Notes: generated by a model from the sequence alone, not told the origin. Positions 23,430 through 31,912 are shown, numbered from the stretch's first letter. The stretch is 64,000 bases of DNA from Desulfomonilia bacterium (GCA_963664325.2 CAXXDQ010000007.1:320001-384000); one strand, 5' to 3'. Translations and numbers: made by a program.

Positions 23430-23479
23430 TTAGTCATATTATCATGAACGTCCCCAAGTCACACCACCAAGTCACACCA
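23430..23479. repeat. dispersed repeat copy with 13-bp tandem duplication
   Basis: 23430-23459 is 25/30 identical to 63894-63923; CCAAGTCACACCA occurs twice at 23454-23479. Confidence 0.75.
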
Positions 23480-23562
23480 CATGCCAGACGCTGCTCCAGT
23501 GATGCTTTTGGTGGCATTCTGTTTTCTTTATGCCAGTCTTTGTTTAGTTTGGAATTCTTCAT
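23434..23562 (-). pseudogene. small gene apparently truncated by the repeat
   Basis: MKNSKLNKDWHKENRMPPKASLEQRLA, then runs into the repeat; TAATG coupling to the upstream gene. Confidence 0.5.
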
Positions 23563-23894
23563 TATGGGCCTTTTGGGGAATCATAAGCCTTGATTGCTGC
23601 CGGCAGAGAGCGAGTGACAATGTTGCCTGCAGCGGGGAGACCTAACAAAACCGCACTGATGACTTCTTCTCGTGATGCTCCTACCTCTCTTGCCTGCATG
23701 ACATGGAAGGGAATACCACTGTCGAGACCTAATACTGCAAGGACGGCAATGTACCCAAGGTATTCTGTCTTCTTGTCCAGTGCACAGGCTTCATCGAGGT
23801 TCTTCGCTGCAGTCATCCATGCCTTAGCGTGTTTAGGTGCTTCCATCATGAATAACTGAAAGGCATTGCTCATTAGTTCTTGATTGTCGGACAA
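23562..23894 (-). CDS. carboxymuconolactone decarboxylase/AhpD-like protein (integron cassette gene)
   Basis: ALDKKT...IAVLA...GIPFHV..A...GASREEV pattern; TTG start after AAGGAG, immediately following the attC GTT. Confidence 0.85.
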   Translation of the reverse strand: MSDNQELMSNAFQLFMMEAPKHAKAWMTAAKNLDEACALDKKTEYLGYIAVLAVLGLDSGIPFHVMQAREVGASREEVISAVLLGLPAAGNIVTRSLPAAIKAYDSPKGP

Positions 23895-23912
23895 ATTTCT
23901 CTCCTTTCTGGT

Positions 23913-23976
23913 CCCCAACGCCCCGGTTCAGCGGCGGGCCGCGCAGCGGACCGTCCGCTGCAACCGGTTGTTAGGT
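23913..23976 (-). mobile_element. integron attC site (64 bp)
   Basis: Minus strand: ACCTAAC-AACCG-GTTGCAGCGG...CCGCTGAAC-CGGGGC-GTTGGGG. R'', L'', L' and R' boxes with internal dyad, 6 bp after the TIR gene stop. Confidence 0.92.
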
Positions 23977-23982
23977 CGCCGG

Positions 23983-25395
23983 TCATTTGTCCCACGACAC
24001 CCATGATTGAGCACCATCGCCCTGATCAAAGTTCGGCATCTTGAAAAACTCCCGCAGCTCCGGCATGTCACGGAAGATCTGCGGGAGGTCGTTGCCTTCG
24101 TCAGCCGCAAGTACCTGGTTAACGAAGAGCTGGAGACGGTTCTCAGGTTTATTGGAGAGCCCGCACAGTCCTCCAATGGCTTTGGCCAAATCCTCGATGG
24201 CGTGCTCGAGACTGCGGCGACCACTCCCCGCCTTGTCGGCTTCTTCCCCGTACGTCCGACGGACATGCAGAAGCGCCCTTAGCGAGTGGATGCTCTTCTC
24301 GACAACATGCCTGTTCTCCTCCGGTGAGCCTGCAGGGAAAGGAGCTTCAAGGTGCCGGCCAAGAGCGCGTGAGAATTCAGCGGCAGCCTGCGAGACGTTA
24401 CCGGACCGAAGATCAATGTACTTGACGTCGCGTAGCACCGGCGGGAGATCAACGTCATCGAGCAGAATCGGAATTACTATCGGCCCCTTGCCGTGCGCGG
24501 AGAGTCTCTCTGCCGTGACGATGCTCAACTCCTGCAGCACCCACCGACTTCGGACCGACGCTTCCGACATGAAGAACGCTAGACACTCGGCCGAGCGAAG
24601 GCCATGTGAGATTGTCTCCAGCAGGCTATCACCTGGCGAGATGCGTTCCTCGTCCATCCACACCTCGACACCGTGGGATCGGATCGCGTCGGCAAACGGG
24701 CGGATCCGTCCTTTGTCGGTATGTGTATGACTGAAAAACACGAGCGGATGTCGTTTGCCTTCCGACCTCGCAAGCCGATCAACAGCCCGCCGTATCTCCG
24801 CAGATAGCAAGGCTTCGTCGATCCCCTGCTTCAACGCCGAGGTGACAATGTCATCGAGGTGATCGAGCACTGGTCGAGGCTCGGGCAGGTGCTGCTCGGC
24901 CTGCAGCCTGGCGGCCTCCTGAAGGTCCTGGACCGTGCGGGAGAGGTCGGCCACGACGCCAACAGCAAGGTCGTCAGGTGCCTCAAACGGGGCACACGTA
25001 TGGCGTTCTCGAAGAGTGACCTTCAGCCGCTCCAAGGCACGAATACCATCGGGATCGCGCTCGACGTGCCGCGGCAAGACCGGGACGTCATCTCCTCGAA
25101 TGTAGATCAAGCAGGGTTTCCGGAGGCGATGGCCCTCTTGGTACTCAGACTCGGTGTAGGAGATCTTCTGGCCCGGTACAAAGGTGCCGTATCGGTGCCC
25201 GACCACGACGACCAGGATGTCGCTCTTGCGCACTTCCTCGAGGCACGTCTCCAAAGGCCTGCCCTCTCGCGCACCGAAGAACTCCATAGCGTCGTGCTGC
25301 AACTGGAGGCGCCTTACGGCAGCAAGCACCGCCTCGCGTTCGGGCCCCAGGTCTGCCTGAGTGCTACAAAGGAACACTGTCAGCGTTTGTGCCAT
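23983..25395 (-). CDS. DUF4062 + TIR domain protein (integron cassette)
   Basis: N-terminal VFLCST..DL..ER...AMEFFGA...CLEEVRKSD...GHRYG...SYTESEY; central VFFSH...VWMDE..I.PGDS...S.WVLQEL...IPILLD; visibly more GC-rich than the flanks. Confidence 0.88.
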   Translation of the reverse strand: MAQTLTVFLCSTQADLGPEREAVLAAVRRLQLQHDAMEFFGAREGRPLETCLEEVRKSDILVVVVGHRYGTFVPGQKISYTESEYQEGHRLRKPCLIYIRGDDVPVLPRHVERDPDGIRALERLKVTLRERHTCAPFEAPDDLAVGVVADLSRTVQDLQEAARLQAEQHLPEPRPVLDHLDDIVTSALKQGIDEALLSAEIRRAVDRLARSEGKRHPLVFFSHTHTDKGRIRPFADAIRSHGVEVWMDEERISPGDSLLETISHGLRSAECLAFFMSEASVRSRWVLQELSIVTAERLSAHGKGPIVIPILLDDVDLPPVLRDVKYIDLRSGNVSQAAAEFSRALGRHLEAPFPAGSPEENRHVVEKSIHSLRALLHVRRTYGEEADKAGSGRRSLEHAIEDLAKAIGGLCGLSNKPENRLQLFVNQVLAADEGNDLPQIFRDMPELREFFKMPNFDQGDGAQSWVSWDK

Positions 25396-25408
25396 GTCTC
25401 TTCCTTCG

Positions 25409-25497
25409 ACTTAACGGCGAGTTGAGCGGTTTGGAATCGGGCTGGCGAGCTTGCTCGCCAAGTCCGAGGACGAATGTGCTCGAACGATTTGTTCGGG
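25409..25497 (-). mobile_element. integron attC site (89 bp)
   Basis: Minus strand: CCCGAAC-AAATC-GTTCGAGC...TGGCGAGC-AA-GCTCGCCA...GCTCAAC-TCGCC-GTTAAGT, 13 bp before the TIR gene start. Confidence 0.85.
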
Positions 25498-25580
25498 CGT
25501 GCGAATCAGCACGCATCGGAACAAATCGGGCGAGTGCGTCCGTGCAACTCACCGTTCCGGCGCGTGCAGCGCGCCGGAAC
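25491..25580 (-). repeat. two gene-less GTT...AAC hairpins separated by a degenerate attC-like segment
   Basis: Perfect 11-bp inverted repeat GTTCCGGCGCG-N5-CGCGCCGGAAC at 25554-25580; imperfect hairpin at 25491-25522. Confidence 0.6.
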
Positions 25581-25801
25581 AATTAATATACCCTGTGGTA
25601 CTTTTTAGTATTTTTTTGAAATTTTATACTATATGACGAAGAAATGGAAAGATAAATATGTCATAAAATCAATATAAACAAACTTTCACCAGCGAGTAAT
25701 TTTTGTTAATAACAAAAGGTGCTTGGCCTTGATCCATGACAAATTGATTATTTGTACCATTTCATGGCATGACACGGGATTTTTCTCTGGTTCGTTAAAA
25801 T

Positions 25802-26140
25802 TCATAACAGAATACCTCTATTAAAGAACAAGTCTTTAATTTGATTTTCTTCCATGTATTTGAACATTTTCTTTGCTGTTTTTGTCCCAATAGGGAAACC
25901 AAGCATTAATATGTAGAGATAGAACTTCAAGAGATAGAAACCCCAAATTTTTCTTATGATAATACCAACTCCAGTTAAAAGATGCCAAGCAACCATGCAT
26001 ATAAAAAAAACTTTGAATGGTGACACAAAGTTAGGACTATTGTGCATCAGGAAATAAATAAATACACCAGCCGCACCAATAAAAAGCAAAGAGATCCCGA
26101 AAGTTTGAATTGGTTTAAACTTTGTTAGATCGAAGATCAT
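25802..26140 (-). CDS. AT-rich hypothetical membrane protein
   Basis: 112 aa with about 3 hydrophobic segments; AAAGGA RBS. Confidence 0.65.
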   Translation of the reverse strand: MIFDLTKFKPIQTFGISLLFIGAAGVFIYFLMHNSPNFVSPFKVFFICMVAWHLLTGVGIIIRKIWGFYLLKFYLYILMLGFPIGTKTAKKMFKYMEENQIKDLFFNRGILL

Positions 26141-26169
26141 ACGAAATCCTTTTACTGGTGTTGCCTTTT

Positions 26170-26200
26170 CTCACCACTCACAACTGACCACTCACCACTA
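26170..26200. repeat. heptamer tandem repeat
   Basis: CTCACCA CTCACAA CTGACCA CTCACCA CTA abutting the SDR stop codon. Confidence 0.75.
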
Positions 26201-26950
26201 GTTCCTGATCGTCATCCCTCCGTCAACCACCATCGAATGACCAGTTATAAACGATGAATCTTCAGAGGCAAGGAAAAGAGCGGCCCCTGCTATATCCTCA
26301 GGCCTGCCGAGGCGTTTGAGCGGCACGGCCTTTACCATCTTCTGTCTGTATTCGTCAGAGCTTATAAGAGGGGCCAGCATGTCGGTCTCGATGGGCCCAG
26401 GACAGATCGCGTTGACGGTGACCGAGAATTTTGCAAGTTCCATGGCATTGGCCATAGTAAGACCGATGACACCGGATTTCGTCACGCAGTAGACCGGAAG
26501 GAAGGCTGAACCGCGTATGCCCTCAACGGAAGACATGTTTATGATCCTGCCCCTGCCGCTTTTTTTCAGGTAAGGCACACACGCCCTTGTTACACGCATG
26601 ACCCCGGTCAGATTGACCCCGAATGCACGGTCAATCTCGGGGTCGGATATCTGCTCCATATAGCCTATGGTACCTGTTCCTGCGTTGTTCACGAGAACAT
26701 CTATGCCTCCCATGGTTTCTGCAGCCAATGCTGCAAGACGCCTGACATCATCCTCTTTTGAAACGTCGGCGATAGTGCCGGAGGCTTTCCCTCCGGATGC
26801 GTTTATCTGGTTAACGGTATTTTCAAGCCTCTCGGTGTTTATGTCAGAAATGAACACATGCGCCCCTTCCGATGCAAACCTTACAGCAATAGCCTTTCCA
26901 ATGCCTGATGCGGCGCCGGTTACAACTGCCTTGACTCCTGAAAGTTTCAT
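26198..26950 (-). CDS. SDR family oxidoreductase (FabG-like)
   Basis: TGAASGIG, NNAG, YCVTK, VDGG; true start is ATG 26950. Confidence 0.93.
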   Translation of the reverse strand: MKLSGVKAVVTGAASGIGKAIAVRFASEGAHVFISDINTERLENTVNQINASGGKASGTIADVSKEDDVRRLAALAAETMGGIDVLVNNAGTGTIGYMEQISDPEIDRAFGVNLTGVMRVTRACVPYLKKSGRGRIINMSSVEGIRGSAFLPVYCVTKSGVIGLTMANAMELAKFSVTVNAICPGPIETDMLAPLISSDEYRQKMVKAVPLKRLGRPEDIAGAALFLASEDSSFITGHSMVVDGGMTIRN

Positions 26951-26960
26951 TACGCCATCC

Positions 26961-28034
26961 TTATAATTTTGTTTTATCGACAATATCCTTTGCCGTCTCT
27001 TCCAGTATCTGCACGGCGAATTTAAGCATGCCGAAACGCTCGTCCTTTGTCTGGCCGTTATAGAAGCGGTAATAGATCTGCTGGGCAATGACCGCGAGCC
27101 TGAACAGCCCGAAACAGTAATAAAAATCAAAATTATTGATTTTTATGCCGGACCGTTCGGAATATCGCTCTATTATCTCCTTCCTGCTCATCATGCCGTC
27201 GATATTGCTCGGCATCATTCTTATCATGAGCATGTTCGGCGAATCGTTCTTTTCAACCCAGTATGCGAGAGAACTGCCAAGGTCCATCAGCGGGTCGCCT
27301 ATTGTCGCCATCTCCCAGTCGAGCACGCCAACGATCGTCAGAGGATCATCCTTGTCAAGCACCACATTATCGAACTTGTAGTCATTGTGGATTATGCCCG
27401 GCTTAGCACTTTCAGGCTGCATCTTTTCAGCAAGCCAGGCCATCACATGTTCGAAATCAGGCACATCCGGCGTCCTTGCCTTCCTGTATCTTTCGCTCCA
27501 ACCTTCAATCTGACGCTTTACGTAACCCTCTGGCCTGCCGTATGATTCAAGGCCTATCGCATGGTAGTCAATTGAATGCAGCTCGAGCTGGATATCAATG
27601 AGATTTTCAGAGAGCTTCCTTGCCTGCTCTGCCGAGAGGTCCATACCCCTGGGCAGGTCTTTCCTGAGGATAATACCCTTAAGACGCTCCATCACATAAA
27701 ACGGGCAGCCCATAACACTTTCATCTTCCGAATAGAGAAGGGCCTCTGGACAGTACGGAAATACGGGTTTCAAGGCCTTCAGCATCCTGAATTCCCGGCC
27801 CATATCGTGTGCCGATTTTGCCTTTGTTCCGAAAGGAGGCCTTCTTAAAATCATCTCCTTTCCGCCTGAAGTGACAAGATAGGTAAGGTTTGAAAACCCG
27901 CTGGGGAACTGTTTTATCTCAAGCTCTGAGGTAAGCCCGGGGATCGAGTCCCTGAGGAAAACGCCGACCTTTTTAAGGTCTATCTCCTCACCCTGCCTTA
28001 TATCCTTCGGCTTGTCGATATAGTCATCCGTCAT
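26961..28034 (-). CDS. phosphotransferase family protein (ACAD10/11 N-terminal kinase-like)
   Basis: GFSNLTY, LRRPP, AHDMGRE, HNDYKFDN, LDWEMATIGDPL. Confidence 0.92.
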   Translation of the reverse strand: MTDDYIDKPKDIRQGEEIDLKKVGVFLRDSIPGLTSELEIKQFPSGFSNLTYLVTSGGKEMILRRPPFGTKAKSAHDMGREFRMLKALKPVFPYCPEALLYSEDESVMGCPFYVMERLKGIILRKDLPRGMDLSAEQARKLSENLIDIQLELHSIDYHAIGLESYGRPEGYVKRQIEGWSERYRKARTPDVPDFEHVMAWLAEKMQPESAKPGIIHNDYKFDNVVLDKDDPLTIVGVLDWEMATIGDPLMDLGSSLAYWVEKNDSPNMLMIRMMPSNIDGMMSRKEIIERYSERSGIKINNFDFYYCFGLFRLAVIAQQIYYRFYNGQTKDERFGMLKFAVQILEETAKDIVDKTKL

Positions 28035-28046
28035 CTAGCATCCCTT

Positions 28047-29240
28047 TCAGGCATAGGCCTTCAGCGCCCTTCTGCCGAAGGACACCTTATGCACCTCATC
28101 CGCACCGTCATAGATCCGCGCCGCCCGCTCATGGCGGTAGAAGTACGCCAGTATGGTGTCATCGGTCATGCCGAGTCCTCCATGCACCTGCAGGGCCCGG
28201 TCCACAACGCGCTGCATGGCGTTGGCGACAACGAATTTTATAAGGCCGATTTCATCCCTGGCCGCCTTTGCGCCCTCGGTCTCGATCTTCCAGGCCGCAT
28301 GCAGTGTCATAAGCCTTGCAGCCTGGATATCCGCCGCACTCTCGGCTACCCAGGACTGGATGATCTGTTTTGAGGCAAGCGTCTTTCCGTCAGGAGATAT
28401 AAGCCTTTTGGCCGCCCTGCTGCACATGAGGTCATAGGACCTGGCGCATATGCCCAGCCATCTCATGCAGTGATGGATCCTGCCGGGTCCGAGCCTTTCC
28501 TGCGCGATCACAAAGCCCCACCCTTCCGGGCCAAGCAGATTTTTCTGCGGGACCCTGCATGACTGGTAAAGGATCTCGGCATGGCTGGCATAATCGCTCC
28601 CCTCATGTCCCATCACAGGGATGTTCCGCACAAGGTTGAACCCCGGCGTATCGGTCGGGACGATTATCATGCTCGCCCTCATGTATGGCGACTCGGACGG
28701 GTTTGTCACAGCCATGACTATGGCGAATCTGGCCCCGTCGGCCGAGCTCGTATACCATTTCTGGCCGTTGATGACATAGTCGCTGCCGTCTTTGACTGCG
28801 GTCGTATCCATCATTACCGGGTTCGAGCCGGGGAGCTCGACTTCGGTCATCGAAAAGCAGCTTCTTATCTTTCCCTCGATGAGGGGTTTGAGATATTCCT
28901 TTTTCTGTTCTTCCGTCCCGTACTTGTGAAGGATTTCAATATTGCCTGCATCGGGAGCCTGGCAGTTGAAAACGTAATGTCCCAGGGGTGTGCGGCCCAG
29001 CTCTTCGGACACAAGCGCATGTTCCATCAGGTCGAGCCCCATGCCGCCATATTCTTTCGGGTGGTTCGGAGCCCACAGCTCCATCTGTTTGACTGTCCGG
29101 CGCTTTTCTTCAAGAACGCCCAGCATGTCCCTGAATTCCTTTTTGACAAATTCGGGTTCAAGCGGAATGAGTTCCCTGTCCACAAATTCGCGGATCATGG
29201 AAAGGATTCTCTGCATTTTTTCCGATACCGAAAAATCCAT
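28047..29240 (-). CDS. acyl-CoA dehydrogenase (ACAD10/11, FadE2-like)
   Basis: FNCQAPDAGN.E, CFSMTE, AQERLGPGRIHHCMR, RIYDGADEVH. Confidence 0.94.
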   Translation of the reverse strand: MDFSVSEKMQRILSMIREFVDRELIPLEPEFVKKEFRDMLGVLEEKRRTVKQMELWAPNHPKEYGGMGLDLMEHALVSEELGRTPLGHYVFNCQAPDAGNIEILHKYGTEEQKKEYLKPLIEGKIRSCFSMTEVELPGSNPVMMDTTAVKDGSDYVINGQKWYTSSADGARFAIVMAVTNPSESPYMRASMIIVPTDTPGFNLVRNIPVMGHEGSDYASHAEILYQSCRVPQKNLLGPEGWGFVIAQERLGPGRIHHCMRWLGICARSYDLMCSRAAKRLISPDGKTLASKQIIQSWVAESAADIQAARLMTLHAAWKIETEGAKAARDEIGLIKFVVANAMQRVVDRALQVHGGLGMTDDTILAYFYRHERAARIYDGADEVHKVSFGRRALKAYA

Positions 29241-29410
29241 TCTGACCTCCATGCGGTTGATCTGACAGATGATATGCCTATGATTATTTTTGCGCAAGCC
29301 CCGCATGAGGCATGTCCGAATAAATCTCCGGGAGAAACAATATGAGCGGCTCGAAGGTAACCACAGTGTACGGTAGCGTCAATATGGGATAATACCCTGT
29401 ATAGTCCGGT

Positions 29411-30118
29411 TTACCTGAACGTCACCATATCTCTATGCCCTGTTTCCAGATGGGGCCATGCGTTGAATGAACGCAGCGTGATGCGGTCCTCGCTGTAAAC
29501 CAGAGTTGAGATTGACGTGTTTGCCATTTGCCAGCAGAGGTGCTGCGCAGTTTCATCGCTGATGCCGGTCACGTCCTGAATGCATGCCGAAATCGTCCCG
29601 CCTGATGCGACAATCAGTATGGTCTTGCCGCTGCCCATTTCAGCTGCTATCCTCGATACAGCCAGTGAAACGCGGGTCTTCACTGAATTCCAGCTTTCAA
29701 TGCCTTCCACCGCGTCTTCTTTTGAAACCCACCTGAGCATCGAGCTTTCGAATATCTTCTGAAAGGCCTTGCGGCTGGTAAATATCTTTTCAAATGCACT
29801 TTTTAACGCCGGGTCTTCTTCAAGGAGTTCAGGCGCAAGTGCTGTTATGATGGCCCTTGAGTCATACTCATTGAATTCCGGCATTATTTTAAGCCCCGGC
29901 AGGATATTCCTGTTTGATCTGAACCCCTCCATAACGATTTCTGCCGTGCGGGTTTGCCTGTCCATGCTCCCGGAATAAACGGCATCAAATATAATCCCCG
30001 CTTTCATGAAATATTGTGCAAGGAGCCTTGACTGTTCTGCCCCTACATCCGAGAGCACATCATAATTTTCTTTCCCGAATGACGCCTGGCCGTGCCTGAC
30101 AAGATATATTATGCTCAT
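29411..30118 (-). CDS. histidine phosphatase family protein
   Basis: LVRHGQASF (RHG motif), FNEYD, SGG.I. Confidence 0.9.
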   Translation of the reverse strand: MSIIYLVRHGQASFGKENYDVLSDVGAEQSRLLAQYFMKAGIIFDAVYSGSMDRQTRTAEIVMEGFRSNRNILPGLKIMPEFNEYDSRAIITALAPELLEEDPALKSAFEKIFTSRKAFQKIFESSMLRWVSKEDAVEGIESWNSVKTRVSLAVSRIAAEMGSGKTILIVASGGTISACIQDVTGISDETAQHLCWQMANTSISTLVYSEDRITLRSFNAWPHLETGHRDMVTFR

Positions 30119-30206
30119 TGGATGCTTTTGCGGCAAAGGGCCGTTTATGTCAAGCAACAGCTCATAAGCGCTTGCCTTTTAATCATTACAATGAGAACAT
30201 CCACCC

Positions 30207-30968
30207 ATGAAAATCCTCGCATGCATAAAACAGGTTCCCGATACCGGCTCACTCATAACGATCGGCTCCACAGGCAAATGGATCGACGAATCAAAGGCCT
30301 CCTTCAGGATGAACCGCTATGACGAACACGCCCTTGAAGAGGCCCTTAAAATCAAGGACAGCCACCCGGGAACACTTGTACATGCATTGTCAGCAGGGCC
30401 TCAGAGAGCTTCGGCCGTTGTCAGGAGGGCGCTGGAGATGGGCGCGGATGATGGCTTTCATATTATTGCACCGGCCGGATTCATCGACCCGCACGCAACG
30501 GCGTCGCTGATCGCCGGTTATGCGGACAGAAATTTCTATGACCTGATCCTGTGCGGGCAAATGGCTGAGGACGACATGCTCTCCCAGGTCGGGCCCATGA
30601 TTGCCTCGATTCTGGACCTGCCGTTTTCGACATCGGTGATTTCCCTGAACATAAACATCAGAGAAAAGACGGCCCTTGTCGAACGCGATTTGTCCGGCGC
30701 AAGAAGGCAGAGACTCGATATAGAGCTGCCGTGCCTGCTTGCAGTCCAGACCGCCATCAACCGCCCGAGATACCCGTCCTTGAGCAATGTCATGAGGGCG
30801 AAAAAACAGTCGATAAAAACCCTTGAATCAACAGGGCCTGAGGTGCTCCAGAATATGTTCACCTTGGACTATCCTGAGAAATCGGCTTCAGGCATATGTC
30901 TTGAGGGAGACATCAGCAGCAAAGCCGGACAGCTCGTGCAGATTCTGCATGAGCATTCGCTGATATAG
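30207..30968 (+). CDS. etfB: electron transfer flavoprotein beta subunit
   Basis: CIKQVPD, D..ALEEAL, ALEMGAD, N.PRYPS. Confidence 0.94.
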   Translation: MKILACIKQVPDTGSLITIGSTGKWIDESKASFRMNRYDEHALEEALKIKDSHPGTLVHALSAGPQRASAVVRRALEMGADDGFHIIAPAGFIDPHATASLIAGYADRNFYDLILCGQMAEDDMLSQVGPMIASILDLPFSTSVISLNINIREKTALVERDLSGARRQRLDIELPCLLAVQTAINRPRYPSLSNVMRAKKQSIKTLESTGPEVLQNMFTLDYPEKSASGICLEGDISSKAGQLVQILHEHSLI

Positions 30969-30976
30969 GGATCGCA

Positions 30977-31912
30977 ATGCTTGCCGCAATCATATCTGAA
31001 ACAGCGCAAGAAACTGGTGAACTCGCAGGCTTCGCCTCCATGCTGAATGCCGGTGAGCTGAAGATATTCAGCCTGCCTGTTCATGAAGAGTGTACGCCTG
31101 AGACGTATTTAGATCTGCTTACGGCTCATCTTAAAGAATTGAGCCCAGATGCCATTATAGTGCCGGAACTTCCGGCCTTCTCCGGTATAGCCCCCGCACT
31201 TGCCGTCAAGCTCGATATGCAGTGCATTACTTCAGTAGAGGGAATAATTAAGAATGGCGGCTCACTGAAACTAATGCGGTCGGTTCTGGGCGGCAAGGCT
31301 GTCATGGAAATCATCCCGGAATTTCCTGCCGTCATAACCGTGCTGCCGGGGGCGTTTGAAAAATCCGAAGCTTCCTGTTCATTGAATATGCCGGTCATCC
31401 GCCTCTTGCCATCTCTATTTACAGAAGGGGGCAAGCAGCCCGTCAGGATCAATAACCTGGGGACAATAGAATCGGAAATGCAGCAATCAGGTTTGCCCAT
31501 CACCGAGGCCGAGGTTCTTGTTGCAGCGGGCCGCGGAATCGGAAAACCTGAGAACCTGGAGCTGATACGCTCTCTTGCCGGACATTTCAGACATTCAACG
31601 TTTGCCGGCTCCAGGGCCGTTGTCGACGCCGGATGGCTTCCCTACAGCGCACAGGTGGGATTGACCGGCAAGGCCGTAATGCCGAAGCTTTATATCGCAT
31701 GCGGCATTTCAGGTTCGCCTCAGCATATCGCTGGCATGAAGAATTCGCACCTCATCATCGCAATAAACAAAGACCCCAATGCAGCAATATTCAATTACTC
31801 TCATTACTGCATTGTCGAAGACCTGCTAGAGTTTATTCCGGCACTGATTGAGGAATTGGAAAAACAGGTGGTGGGTCGTACTGGGATTGAACCAGTGACT
31901 TCTACCGTGTGA
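30977..31912 (+). CDS. etfA: electron transfer flavoprotein alpha subunit
   Basis: GRG, SRAVVDAGW, QVGLTGK, YIACGISG..QH.AGM, AINKD. Confidence 0.93.
   Translation: MLAAIISETAQETGELAGFASMLNAGELKIFSLPVHEECTPETYLDLLTAHLKELSPDAIIVPELPAFSGIAPALAVKLDMQCITSVEGIIKNGGSLKLMRSVLGGKAVMEIIPEFPAVITVLPGAFEKSEASCSLNMPVIRLLPSLFTEGGKQPVRINNLGTIESEMQQSGLPITEAEVLVAAGRGIGKPENLELIRSLAGHFRHSTFAGSRAVVDAGWLPYSAQVGLTGKAVMPKLYIACGISGSPQHIAGMKNSHLIIAINKDPNAAIFNYSHYCIVEDLLEFIPALIEELEKQVVGRTGIEPVTSTV

Noticed and set aside
24007-25425. Long plus-strand ORFs (24041-24730, 24859-25425) antisense to the TIR gene
   Set aside because: Shadow frames expected in GC-rich coding DNA; no recognisable motifs.
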